Source: Octopus vulgaris (Eukaryota). Taken from it: a stretch of 64,000 nt of DNA. The notes below the pieces were generated by a model. That model saw only the letters and a list, made by a program, of their open reading frames with translations. It was not told where the DNA came from and did no database searches. Position 1 is the first letter of the stretch. Each line of letters starts with the position of its first letter. The stretch is from positions 32,302,001-32,366,000 of the forward strand of contig OX597839.1 of assembly GCA_951406725.2 (NCBI GenBank), read 5' to 3'. This document shows, piece by piece, positions 39,565-53,019 of this stretch. A program made the translations under genes and the position numbers.

Positions 39565-40438
39565 GTATGTATGTATGTATGTATGTGTGTGTATGTATGT
39601 ATGTATGTATGTATGTATGTATGCATGCATGTATGTATGCATGCATGTATGTATGTATGCATGCATGTATGTATGTATGTATGTATGTATGTATGTATGT
39701 ATGTATGTATGTATGTATGTATGTATGTATGTATGTATGTATGTATGCATGCATGTATGTATGTATGCATGCATGTATGTATGTATGTATGTATGTATGT
39801 GTATATATGTATGTATGTATGCATGCATGTATGTATGTATGCATGCATGTATGTATGTATGTATGTATGTATGTATGTATGTATGCATGTATGTATGTAT
39901 GTATGTATGTATGTATGTATGTATGTATGTATGTATGTATGTATGTATGTATGTATGTATGTATGTATGTATGTATGTATGTATGTATGCATGTATGTAT
40001 GTATGTATGTATGTATGTATGTATGTATGTATGTATGTATGTATGTATGCATGCATGTATGTATGTATGCATGTATGTATGTATGTATGTATGTATGTAT
40101 GTATGTATGTATGTATGTATGTATGTATGTATGTATGTATGTATGTATGTATGTATGTATGTATGTATGTATGTATGTATGTATGTATGTATGTATGTAT
40201 GTATGTATGTATGTATGTATTGTATGTATGTATGTATGTATGTATGCATGCATGTATGTATGTATGTATGTATGTATGTATGTATGTATGTATGTATGTA
40301 TGTATGTATACATGTATGTATGTATGTATGTATGTATGTATGTATGTATGTATGCATGTATGTATACATGTATGTATGTATGTATGCATGTATGTATACA
40401 TGTATGCATGTATGCATGTATGTATGTATGTATATGTA
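39359..40438. repeat. ~1.08-kb (TATG)n/(CATG) tetranucleotide array
   Basis: Directly visible; it is the source of the 310-389 aa artefact ORFs. Confidence 0.98.
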
Positions 40439-40439
40439 T

Positions 40440-40800
40440 CGTAGCCTTGGTTTCTGCCGGAGTCTCCTTCCATTCAAAAGTTCTCCATAGAGCATCTGCT
40501 TAGGAATCCTTCTATCCTCTATTCTAATAAGATATCAGCAGGTTAAGGAGGGGATCGACACTTTTGAGGGAGCACGTATCCAGCATGAAGAACTTAAGCG
40601 AGCTGCGCGAAAGCGCACGGCTCGTATAGTGAATGGGGAAAGCTTGGTCTGCAATGTTTTCAGTCGTGTATGCTTGTCAAGAGCAGGGCTCATTAGCCAC
40701 CAATGGAGCCGCAAATGCAAAATATAAGTTAGTCCTAGAGCGCACAATGTTCCTGAAGGTCGGCAATGGTCTTCCTCGGTCACGAGTGGACGGCCATCAT
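40440..40800 (+). mobile_element. RTE/RTE-X LINE 3' end with an inverted 5' segment
   Basis: 40440-40535 reads RIPKQMLYGELLNGRRLRQKPRLRY on (-). 40540-40800 reads GIDTFEGARIQHEELKRAARK..CNVFSRVCLSRAGLISHQ on (+), a C2H2-like end, finishing in (CAT). Confidence 0.75.
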
Positions 40801-41444
40801 GTATATGTATACATGTATGCATGTATATATGTATACATGTAAATGAATCTATCTACGCGCGCACGTATATATGGATACGTATGCATATATGAATGTATAT
40901 ATTGTATATATTGTATGTATGTATGTATGTATGTACCTGTACACACGGACGCAGACATCAATGGCATTGCATTCGCGGGCCTTATTTTATGCTAAAAACT
41001 TTCTGAATGTCTTACATATTTTGACGGTGCCCTTGACTGCTTGTCGCTGTAACCCCTTGATAAGGCGTGTTGTTTCTGGTTTTGTGAAACCCCAGCTGCT
41101 CAATCAGCATGTGCTTTCACAGGTACTTAATATTGATCGGGATTCAGAATTGTGTCTTGAGAGATCTGGATAACGAATGGAAGAGTCTAAGCGTTATTGA
41201 TCTCACTGATCGATAGTGAAGTAACCTTCGGCCATGATTGGGGACGAAGGACATTTCTTATTACATGTCTGTTGCAATTTATTCAATAAATATCGGTGAG
41301 ATTGTAGAATCGTTACCGCGCCAGAAAAATGCTTAACCTCATTTGGAGTCGATAAAATAAGAACCAGTTAGACACAGGGGTCGATTACGTCGGCTATCCC
41401 CTTACACCAAAATTTCAGGCCTTGTGCCTAAAACAGAAAAGATT

Positions 41445-41476
<32 letters not shown>

Positions 41477-41516
41477 AGTTGTCGTCGTCGTTGTTGTTGT
41501 TGTTATTATTATTATT

Positions 41517-42060
41517 GAGTGAGAGGGAAGTGCATGCCATCAAAGTGACACTGGGGTAAAATATACAAAGCCCAGTTTACCCATCATGACTACCCGTCTG
41601 ATAAGGGTACACTAGGCACGTGCATCACAATCACATGTGCGCGACATGGTGACCTTATATCAAGATAAACAGTGCATGACCTTGCAGGTGGGGCCTAGTT
41701 AGAATTTTCTTCAGGTTGGGTGAGCCATCCTACTCAAAAGGTCCCTGAATAAGTGTTGTTTAAGGATGATGAACAAAACACCCATGTTTCCAAATGTGGA
41801 TTATTCAAACCCCAAAGAAGTCCTCTCTACACATGGCTATGATGCTCCCCCACTACTCTTGCTCGTGATCAGGGATGCACATATCGTCAGCCACCAAGGG
41901 ACATGCTCAAGTGGTTAAGATCAAACAACTGACAAACAAATCTGTGGTATCGAGCAGAATATTTGCTGTAGCCCATCTTTTATACCAATATACATGATAA
42001 CACTTCCAATCAGTTAAGATCAGAAGCCATGAGAGCCACTGCTTGGTACTGCATCAGGGC

Positions 42061-42091
<31 letters not shown>

Positions 42092-42299
42092 GTGTGAGAG
42101 AGCAGTTCATGCCATCAAAGTGACACTGGGGTAAAATATACGAAGCCCAGTATACCCATCATGACTACCCGTCTGATAAGGGTACACCATGCACATGCAT
42201 CACAACCATATGTGCGTGACATGGTGATCTCATATCAAGATGAACAGCACATGACCTTGCAGGTGGGGCCCAGTTAGAATTTTCTTCTGGTCGAGTAAC
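41517..42299 (-). mobile_element. Element D: one full copy and one truncated copy in tandem, separated by (ATT)n
   Basis: Matches 5553-6130. Confidence 0.9.
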
Positions 42300-42342
<43 letters not shown>

Positions 42343-42344
<2 letters not shown>

Positions 42345-42500
42345 GACAGCGAGCTGGACGAAATGCTTAGCGGCATTTCTTCCGACTTTTTGTTCCGAGT
42401 TCAAATGCCGCTGAAGTCGACTTTACCTTTCATCCTGCCGGGGTCAATAAAATAAGTACCAGTTGAACACTGGGGTCGATGTAATCGACTTACCTCCTCT
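42343..42500 (+). mobile_element. SINE B copy
   Basis: gagttcaaatgcc..gtcgactttacctttcatcc..taagtaccag. Confidence 0.75.
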
Positions 42501-42919
42501 GAAATTGCTGAAAGCTTATGTTGTTAACAAAGCGAAAGGGTTTTGAACGTCAGAATGGACGCCATTTTTATCAGCAGGCTAGGCTATAAAACCGCTCCAA
42601 GCATTGATGTTCCATTGTCCGGAATTTTTTCTAAAGAGAATGGTTAAGGGTTTACAAAGTGCAGAACTTCAAAAGCTTAATGGACTGCGGTGGAATGGTT
42701 TGTGGTTTAGAGGCATATTTCATTTTAAAATCTGTGATATGAAATGTAACAGAATCATCAAAGACCAAACCATTTAGACATTTTGGTAGTTTGTGAAGAA
42801 AATACTGTGAGAACTGCGATTGCTGAATCGGAGGACGGCTTTTATAAATCCGTGTGCTTTGAACATTACCACAGATCTTTTTACACCCGTAATTGAGTTT
42901 TCTAAGTGGGATAATCTAG

Positions 42920-43430
42920 AGGCGCCTGCCTCAGTGCTTAGGGTATTCAGCCGATGATCGTAAGGTTGTGAGTTCGATTCCGAGCGACGCAATGTGTCTC
43001 TTGAGCAAGACACTTTGTTTCGTTGCACCAGTCCGCTCAGCCGGCAAAAATGAGTTGTACCTGTGATTCAAAGTGACCAGCCGTGTTACACTCTGTGTTA
43101 CGCTGAGTCTCCCTGAGAACTACGTTAAGGGTACGTGTGTCTGCGGAGTACTCGGCCACTTGCATGTTAATAAGCAGGCTGTTCCGTTGATCAAATCCAC
43201 CTGGAATATACTTGTCGTAGTAACCGATGAAGTGCCAGTCTATTGAAGGCATGTGGTTAGAAGGTTTGGCTAATAATTCTAAGCTCGTAAGTTCAATTTC
43301 CTGCAGGGCACTCTGTCTTTGGGCAAGACACTTTATTTCACGTTGCTCCAGTCCACTCTGTGAGCGAAAATAAGTAGTACCAGTAATTCAAAGGGGCCAG
43401 CCTTGTCACACTGAATCTCCCTGACTATGT
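42920..43430 (+). mobile_element. SINE family I: one full and one partial copy
   Basis: tRNA-like head (gagttcgattcc), ttgagcaagacacttt box, and a 3' half shared with family C. Confidence 0.75.
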
Positions 43431-43689
43431 TACCAGTTTATAACCAGAATATCTTGGATTGCTAAAGGTGTTTTCCAAGCGATGACAAGGATTTCAATCG
43501 GCAAAAATCGCAGAAAATAGGGCAGTTGTTATTTTCAACTGAAAATCAACTCCTTTTCAGCTTTTGATCGATTGTAATCGATTTTCAATTCCTTAAACTT
43601 TTCCAATTCCGTTTTGTCAATAAACAGAGGTTTTTCCTTTGCACTTATTCCAGATAAACGTATAGTTATTGTTCTTTACAAGTTTACTG

Positions 43690-44007
43690 GGGAGAGGAAT
43701 TGAGAAAGGGGGAGAGGGGGATGGAGGGGGAGAGAGAAGAGGGGAGGAAGAGAGAGAAAGAAGAAAGTAAGAGAGAGAGAGAGAGAGACAGAAAAAAGAG
43801 AAGAGACAGAGATAGACTGGGTGAGAGTAAGGAAGAGAGATAGGGAAGAAAAGAGAGTGAGAGAGGGGAGAGAAAGAGAGAAGGGACTGAGAAACAAGAG
43901 AGATAGAAAGAGGTGAAGAAAGAGACATAGAGAGAGAGAGAGAGACAGAGAGAGTGAGTGAGAACGAGAGAAGGAACTGAGAAAAAGGATAGAAAGAAGT
44001 TAAGAAC

Positions 44008-44038
<31 letters not shown>

Positions 44039-44088
44039 AAGCAGGATAGATAGAAAGAAGGGAAGAGAGAGAGAGACTGAGATAGTGG

Positions 44089-44121
<33 letters not shown>

Positions 44122-44160
44122 GAAAGGAGAAAGAAAAAGAAAGAGGAGGGAGGGAGGGCA
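43690..44160. repeat. Polypurine (GA-rich) low-complexity tract
   Basis: Directly visible. A complementary CT-rich tract lies at 44857-45135. Confidence 0.9.
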
Positions 44161-44478
44161 GAAAGACATTTCTTTCTTCAAATTATTGGTTGCGAAACCA
44201 ACGGAGCCAATTCTGTTTTTCATGACAACTGGAAATTTTATCATAATTTGATGAAAATAATTATGAAATAAATAAATAAATAAATGAAAAACTAACTCCA
44301 TGAAAATTGTTGGTTTTTGTAAGGGTTAATATTGGTTCAAGAATATCGATGTCTTTTTTTCGGTGGAGACGATGTGTTTTCAGTTTAATCGACCATTGCA
44401 CACTTTCTGCCTCGTTACAACCGGGATGATACATACACACACACACACATATATATATATACATATATATATATATGA

Positions 44479-44531
<53 letters not shown>

Positions 44532-44542
44532 GTATATATATG

Positions 44543-44577
<35 letters not shown>

Positions 44578-44720
44578 GTATATATATGTATATATGTGTA
44601 TATATATGTGTATATATATATATATATGTATATATATATACATATATATATATATACACATATATATATGTATATATGTATATATATATATGTGTATGTA
44701 TATATGAATATATATATATG

Positions 44721-44761
<41 letters not shown>

Positions 44762-44791
44762 GTGTATATATATATGTGTATATATATATGA

Positions 44792-44832
<41 letters not shown>

Positions 44833-45309
44833 CATATATATATACATATATATATATCCCTCTTCCCCTTCCCTCTTTCTCTCTGCTCCCTCACTCCTCT
44901 CTCTCTCTCTCTCTCCCTCTATCCTCCCTCCTCCTCTTCTCCTCTCCTTCCTTCTCCCCTTTCTCTCCCCTCCTCTTCTCCTCTCCTTCCTTCTCCCCCT
45001 TCCCCCTCCTCTTCTCCCCTTTCCTTCCCCCTCCCCTCTCCCCCTCACCCTCATCCCCTCATCTCCCCCCTCATCTCTCCCCCTCTCCCCCTTACCACCC
45101 CATCTTCCCCTCTCCCCTCATCTCCTCTCTCTACACTACACCATACGACTTTACACATCACATCATATATACATACACACGTCCAGACCTCTCATACGCA
45201 CTAATACTCTCTCATACACACACACACTCTTATGTTGGGGCGAGGTCATTTAACCCTATTATCTCCCCTAATTTCGCTCTTGCGTCTCACGTTTGACTTC
45301 TGGCCGAAA

Positions 45310-45522
45310 TCAGATCGCCATGTTGATTCGCTAGCCTCTGCACGCATTTTTTTCTCTCCTTCTTTCTGTGTTTTTTTTCTCTGTGTATCTTTCTGTTGAA
45401 GAGCGTAGGCTCGAAACGTAAAAGTCTTGTTTTATTTATATTCCTGAGCGCCATACTAATACAATTGTTTGTTTGTATTCCACCTGCCTTCGTCTTTTGT
45501 CTATTTTCATAAAGCTTCCCGT

Positions 45523-45525
<3 letters not shown>
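45310..45525 (+). mobile_element. Family E monomer with hammerhead-like motif at 45388-45424
   Basis: TCTTT-CTGTTGA-A-GAGC-GTAG-GCTC-GAAA-C-G-TA-AAAG (GUA cleavage triplet); reverse complement of the 7628 unit. Confidence 0.7.
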
Positions 45526-45555
<30 letters not shown>

Positions 45556-45709
45556 TTATATGTATATGTATGTAAACCACTGATTAAGAAGTAGTCTGTT
45601 AGTTTAGAGTTTCCCAACACGCGCGCGCGCACGCACACATACACACATGCGCACACATATCTTTTACCTTTTAAAGTAATTTGTAATAAATATATTATTA
45701 GTCATGGAT

Positions 45710-46055
45710 TTGAGGGTAAGAAACTCACCTAGCAATCACATGATTCCAGGTTCAGTCAAACTACGAAGCACTACGGGCAAATTTATTTTATTATAGTTCC
45801 AGGATGGCCTATGCCCCGCATGGGAATTTGCTTTGGTGGAAAATGTGTGGAAGCGCGTCGTACACACACACACACATGTTTGCATGTGTGTCTTTGGTTT
45901 GTGTCCATGTTACTTTGCGGTTTTTCAAGAAGAAACAGATAGAATAAGTAGCGGGCATTTAAAAGATAACTCCTGGGATTTGATTGTTCGACTAAACTCT
46001 TTAAGAGAGCATAGCCGCACTCCAATGACTGACAAAAGTAACAGATAAAAGATAG
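45710..46055 (+). mobile_element. Old, degenerate SINE A copy
   Basis: ggttcagtc..gggcaa..gatagaataagta..atgactgacaaaagtaacag. Confidence 0.55.
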
Positions 46056-46149
46056 AAGGACCGGGAGAGTAACGGACCCAAACCCTTGAGGGATTCCATT
46101 TGGTTTCCTTATTTGCGGTCAGTCGTTGCAACCAAGACTGTTCATAGCA

Positions 46150-46402
46150 AAAAAGGTAAGTTAAAGTTACCTCCCCTACTCACAAGGGCTAGTTTCCCGT
46201 TTTCAATGGCATATAAATTCCCCATCTGGATGGGATGCCAGTCCCTCGCAGGATTACTCATTTTTGCCAGCTGAGTTGACTGGAGCAATGTGAAGTGAAG
46301 TATTTTGCTCAAGAAAACAACGCGTTGCCTGGTCCAGGAATCGAAACTACAATCTTGCGATCATCAGTCCAACATCCTAACCACTAAGCCACTGGCTTCC
46401 AC
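46150..46402 (-). mobile_element. SINE with family I head and tail Z
   Basis: Head is the reverse complement of family I; tail gggctagtttcccg..tggatgggatgccagtc is shared with 62056-62350. Confidence 0.65.
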
Positions 46403-47347
46403 GGACTCTTCATGGCTTTGACGTGATTTGATAAGCTTTCTACAAACTGGGCGGTTTTTCGTTGAGTTTGCCATTTATTATGTTTGTTATGACCAATTCG
46501 TTTCCACTTCATCTTCGAATCTGAGAGAAGGTCTTCCTTGTTTCTTTTCCTCTTGCATAAAAGGATTTGTTTGGCGAGTCTTAATCCCTTTGTCTGTCCT
46601 TGTTTGTCCCCTCTATGTTTAGCCGCTTGTGGGCAATAAAGAAATAAGAATCGTTAGCACGCCGGTATTTCGTCTGCCGCTACGTTCTGAGTTCAAATTC
46701 CTCTGAGGTCGACTTTGCCTTTCATCCTTTCGGGGTCGATTAAATAAGTACCAGTTACTCAGTGTACGTGTCCCACCCAACGTAAGTTCCTATCACTGAG
46801 GAGATATTTAAGCTGTAAATATTTATCTCAACAACCTTCTGCAATCGAACACCATTGATATTATCAAAACAGTCATACATACACTAACTGCGAAAATGTC
46901 TGGTCTCGCAGCGAATATAGAACGATATATATTAATATTATTGACACAAGAGAAGCAATATAGTTTGAACTATAAAATTATCGTTCGTTGCATGACAAAG
47001 TTAAGAAAAAAACGTTTAGAAATGAAAATGAAATGGAATAAAATAAAGTAGAAAAGAAATAAAATTCACTTTCTGATTTTAATCTCCATTCGTTTATTTA
47101 ATTGTTTATTTATAGCATTTATTTATTGGACTCGTTTTATAATTCTTCTCACCCAAGGAAAAGTAAATAAACAAAACGACAAAATGAATAAAGCGTTGAA
47201 TATGAATTTTGAACATTCACATGAAATTTTAAGTGGATTAGTAAATACACAAGTACACACACACACACACAGCAGGCAGTAACGTGAGCTAATGTGTGTG
47301 CATGTGTATGTATGCACGGTTGCATGTATGTTTGTATGTATGTATAT

Positions 47348-47394
<47 letters not shown>

Positions 47395-47762
47395 TCTTAT
47401 TGATGTGTATATCTATCTATCCATCCATCTAATCTCTCTCTCTCTCTCTCTCTCTCTGTATATATATATATATATAATCCTTCCTCCTTAGACGTAATGA
47501 AAACTTCTTGTCTTAGTATGAAATTGTAACAGTATCACTAATTTCCTACTCATGATTAGCCCAAGCGAAACCGGTCGACTATGTGAATATTTTATTTCAT
47601 TAAAAAAAATATTTTGTTCAACAAAAAATTTCTGTGCAAGTTCCGTTCTTCTTTTTATATATTTTACTACAATTTACTACGGGCAAAATTTTTTTCTAAC
47701 CTTTTCAGTATATATATATAATCTTTTTTCGTAAAGAGATAAAAAAAACCAAGGCTGTGTAG

Positions 47763-47810
47763 GTCTTACAGCTGTTTCCGGGATATTTATTATATCCCTT
47801 CGTCGGAGAC
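47763..47810 (-). ncRNA. Minimal type-I hammerhead-like motif in family J repeat
   Basis: Reverse complement: GTCT-CCGACGA-A-GGGATAT-AATAA-ATATCCC-G-GAAA-CAGCTG-TA-AGAC, with a 4-bp stem I, 7-bp stem II and palindromic ACAGCTGT stem III; U4 is changed to C. Confidence 0.6.
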
Positions 47811-48074
47811 GGTGTGAGGGGATGGTTAAGTCGTACTTAATTTAGATACAAAATAGAGAGTGAATTGGAGGAGAGAAAATAGATGTGTGATGTGTAGAGA
47901 TATTGTATTTGTAGATCCATTTTTTTAAGGCAGAATGGTATACATATAAGATTCCAATACCTTATGAGTAAAATCCAATCGTATTTAGAATTGGTCATTC
48001 CAAGTATAGAGTTTATACACAGTGTTAATGTGTCCTATGGAAACCACTTTATTATTTTATTTTTTCTTTCTTTT

Positions 48075-48245
48075 AGTCATTTGATTGCGGCCATGCGGGA
48101 GCACCGCCTTTAGTCGAGCAAATCAACCAAAGGACTTATTTTTTTGTAAGCCTAGTACTTTTTCTATCCGTCTCTTTTGCCGAACCGCCAGGTTACGGGG
48201 ACGTAAACACACCAGCATCGGTTGTCAAGCAATGTTGGGTGGACA

Positions 48246-48292
<47 letters not shown>

Positions 48293-48420
48293 GACGGGCT
48301 TTCAGTTTTCGTCTACCAAATCAACTCACAAGACTTCTACTATAGCCCGAAGTTATTGTAGAAGACACTTGCCCAAGGTGCCACGCAGTGGGAGTGAACC
48401 CAGAACCATGTGGTTGGTTA
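48075..48420 (-). mobile_element. SINE A copy
   Basis: Family A match with internal (CA)n. Confidence 0.85.
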
Positions 48421-48800
48421 TATAGTCTACTTTTATCTTTCCTGACATTATGCTTTTATACACGCCGCACAGAATAACTTTGTTGCGCCGATCTTCTGGA
48501 TTTCCGCTTACATAGAGACTTGACGACCACTTTGCAATGGATTCCGACGTGGACTGAGAGCCAAGTGTGCCTATGAGGAGCTTACTCTTATGGCAGCACG
48601 ATTCCGTATCTTATATACATACATACGCATGCACGTATGTATGTATGTATGTATGTATGTATGTATGTATGTATGTATGTATGCATGTATGTATGTATGT
48701 ATGTATGTATGTATGTATGTATGTATGTATGTATGCATGCATGTATGTATGTATGTATGTATGTATGTATGTATGTATGTATGTATGTGTATCTGTCTGC

Positions 48801-48905
<105 letters not shown>

Positions 48906-49015
48906 TGTCTGTCTGTGTATCTATCTATCTATCTTTCTGCCTGTCACTCTGTATGTCTGTCCATCCATCCATCCATCCATCCATCCATCCATCTATCTAT
49001 CTATCTATCTATCTA

Positions 49016-49061
<46 letters not shown>

Positions 49062-49763
49062 TGTCTGTCTGTGTATCTATCTATCTATCTTTCTGTCTGT
49101 CACTCTGTATGTCTGTCTATCCATCCATCCATCCATCTATCTATCTATCTATCTATCCATCTATCTATCCATCCATCCATCCATCCATCTATCTATCTAT
49201 CTATTGACACACACATACACACACATACAAACACACACATATAGATAGACAGGAAGAGCAACGAGAGCAATAATGGATTGAAGGGGTTGCAAGAAAGTGA
49301 TGGAAGCGATAGTTACCGAAGAGAAGAAGAATGATGAGGGCAGAGAAGCAGGAAAGAAGGAGTCGGATGAGGCAAAACCGGAAGAAGATGGCGACGGTGA
49401 GAAAGTGCAAGAACACAAATAAAGAAAAAAACGCTAAAGAAATTGATAGAACAGGGGTGGACTGGAACGGGGTAGGTAAGTAAAAATGGCGGCGCGTGAG
49501 TATAGACAGGAGGAAGAGGGGGAGGAGGAGAATGAAGAGGAGGACGCGAGGTAGGTCTACGAATTCTAACAAGATATCGCTGTTAGGCATTTCTGTAGAA
49601 GAAAACATGTGTGTTTGGTCTACACCAGATGGCGCGCGTGCCTCTGTGTGTGTGTGCGTGTGTGTGCGCGTGTGTATATATTTGCGTGCGAAGGTGTATG
49701 GTAAGAGTGCATGTATATTTGTGTGTGTGTGTGTGAGAACGTGTGTATGCTTCAGTAAAGCAT

Positions 49764-49814
<51 letters not shown>

Positions 49815-50354
49815 CGTCATCACAACCGTCATTATCATTATCGTCCGCTTCATCATTGATCAATGTCGTTGTCAACACCACCTCCACCACCACCACCACC
49901 ACCACCACCACCACCACCACAACCATCGTCATCGTCATCATCATATGGTTTGGGTCTGGCCTGGACATGTACGGCTGCCGGATGCATCAGCGTAGGTGGT
50001 ATATTGTTGTTGTTGTTGTTGGTAGTGATGATGATGATGATGATGGTGGTTGTGCTTGTTTGGGTAACGCTGATTGTTATCCTAACACAACGAAGGAAAA
50101 ATCGTGTATGCACATATGCGTGTGTGTATGTGTGTGTGTGTGTATATATATATATGCTTATATATGTATGTATACACACTCACACAGACACACACTCATA
50201 TATATGTATATATGCGTATATATACAGACACACATACATACTCACACACGCATATGTATATATAAATGCATATATATATAAATATATATGTGTATGTATA
50301 TTATATATGTATGCATGAATATGTATGTATACGCATATATATATATATCTACAT

Positions 50355-50388
<34 letters not shown>

Positions 50389-50458
50389 ATGTGTATATAT
50401 GTATATATATATATATATATACATGTATATATATATATATATACATATATCTATATAT

Positions 50459-50555
<97 letters not shown>

Positions 50556-50809
50556 ACATATACACACGTGTGTCTGTATGCATGCATTTGAAGGAAGTGG
50601 AATGATGGCCATGTTCTTAACAAAGATTCCAAAAATGGGAATATCAGCAGGAACGATATGCAGCTAAATTTACTTTAGGTTGATGCCTGGAGGAACAACA
50701 TATGCAAAGCTGGTATTCCAGCGGCCAGTTCTGCGGAATAATGGTGTGTGCGCGCGCGCGTGTTGTGTGTCTAGAGAAAACCAGACGAAGAACAATAAAC
50801 AATAATAAT

Positions 50810-51720
50810 AACTCCAACCACATCCCGCAATTATAAAACATATCACAAATAATATTAACAGACGAATATGAAAACTATTGTCAGACAATGAAATATTTAA
50901 TGCGGCAGCGGCAGCGACATCTTTGTATGACGTAATTTTAATGAAAAACTGAAATATAAATAAATGAATACTAAGAGAGTTTTCTGAAAATAGTGACATG
51001 AAAATTAAATATAATCGTCCGTATAGAAACCCGAACCGTATCCAAAAATATTTCAAGGACCTTGCTGACAGCTCTAAGTATATACTTCGTCGCTTTGCAC
51101 AAATGCTACGAAGTATTTAATAGAAATTCTATTAAAACCAGGTATAATTGTTGGATAACGGCGCACAAATTTCCAAATATAACCCCAGACACAACAATGC
51201 AACAATGTAGAGCTGATATAAGATCAACTGATGGCACAGAAATGGTATATAACAGATTGACAGGAAACACTTTCAAAACACTTTATACAAAATATATAGG
51301 GACAAAAGCAAAGTATATACTTCGTCGCTTTACACAAATGCTACGAAGTATTTGATAGAAATTCTATTAAAACCAGGTATAATTGTTGGATAACGGCACA
51401 CAAATTTCCAAATATAACCCCAAACACAACAATGCAACAATGTAGAGCTGATATAAGATCAACCGATGGCACAGAAATGGTATATAACAAATTGACAGGA
51501 AACACTTTCATAGCACTTTATACAAAATATATAGGGACAAAAGCAAACCCGCATCGCTATCGCAAGACATATGGTACCTAAATGACAGTATTGAAAACGA
51601 TGTTACTATATAATGAAGCCTTGCTCAGTAAGCAGATTTGCATAACGGACGTGAAAGCAGCTGGAACTTATGCACGACTGGGGAGATTAAAATACTAACA
51701 CCTTTGGATATCCTATATAG
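50810..51720 (+). pseudogene. Degraded Penelope-like element C-terminus (thumb to GIY-YIG) with a 235-bp tandem duplication
   Basis: HPAIIKHITNNINRRI*KLLSDNEIFN, HKCYEVFNRNSIKTRYNC, VYNRLTGNTFKTLY, SLSQDIWYL and NLCTT match PLE motifs (HPPxIIK, IFNRNTVKVSYSC, YIGLTxxxFK, LSxYIW, CxLC). Duplicated units start at 51076 and 51311. Confidence 0.75.
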
Positions 51721-52139
51721 GAGAGATGGCTGAATGTTTGCGTAGGGAAAATGTTTAATCCTTCATTTTTATACATACCCCTGTGCCAGATGCATTCGCA
51801 TTAGTACAGCTACACACAGACGCACACACACACACACACACACATACACATACACACATTTATATATGAGAAAATGAGACGACAAAAGAATAAACGATTA
51901 CCTTATGTACTTCATAAGCTTACAGCTGTTTCTGCTATAAGATGCAATCCACTCATAGTCGAATGCTTGGGTAACACTTTATAGCCTTAGCGGAGCCTCG
52001 AATATGCAATTCATAAGATATTTGTTTATTCCTTTGGCATTTCATTTTCTTACCATCGCTCTATACTCGTCTAACTCTTCGTTCTGATGCATATATATAT
52101 TGAGTTCTACATCAGGTTATCAGTCTCGCAATGCCTAAG

Positions 52140-52206
<67 letters not shown>

Positions 52207-52353
52207 TAGGTGAATGAATTATCCTATGTTTTTTGTCAGCATGGAAAATTCGTTTAACCGAAACCTGGGTAGCAAATTCACGTCAGAAAACACGGTTGAA
52301 GCGACCTGTCAAGGGTAGAAACTCCGGGTTCATGTGTAGAAATTTGTGTGTTG

Positions 52354-52546
52354 TATATGAATAAATGAAAGAATGGAGTCGAACGAAGATGTTAACAAAA
52401 TTCCTTTACTCTCGACACATGTTTCGAAGACATGCATAATGCACCCTTTACTCCTTCGGAATGAAAATATGTTGTCTTCGAAACATGTGTCGAGAGTAAA
52501 GGAACTTTGTTAACATCTTCGTTCGACTCCATTCTTTCATTTATTC

Positions 52547-52551
<5 letters not shown>
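52354..52551. repeat. Inverted repeat with 79-bp arms (1 mismatch) and a 40-nt spacer
   Basis: 52354-52432 is the reverse complement of 52473-52551. Confidence 0.95.
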
Positions 52552-52600
<49 letters not shown>

Positions 52601-53019
52601 ATAAGGAAAATAAGACAAGGTAGTAAATGCTAAAATAATTTTATCATGAAAAACATTTTAGTGCCGGTTCCAGTCTTTGCGACTTTTTCAACTTCGAGTA
52701 ATGCATGAGTAATAAAGAGAGACAGACAGAAAAAAGGAAAATGTCCCTTGCATATATATATACGACGGGCTTCTTTCAGTTTCCATCTACCAAATCCACT
52801 CACAAGGCTCTGGTCGGCCCGAGGCTATAGTAGAGGACACTTGGCCAAGCTATGGAAATAATCGGGAGAAGTGATGGGGAATTAGCGAATGGAGGAAATC
52901 GCTTAAGCATTTTATTAGTCTTTAGTTTGAAGAAGAGAAAGAGACGAATGGCTAAAGTCTGCAGGAACTGTTTCCATCAGAGAAATGATTGAAGTGAAAT
53001 ATATATATATATTTCTGAT

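Noticed and set aside
39326-40503. Long ORFs of 310-389 aa (YIHT/MYVC repeats) and the many [12 protein letters not shown] ORFs across the window
   Set aside because: They are translations of stop-free microsatellites, open in several frames on both strands.
49253-49422. Acidic ORF MEAIVTEEKKNDEG...
   Set aside because: Purine-rich low-complexity sequence, short, with no credible acceptor.
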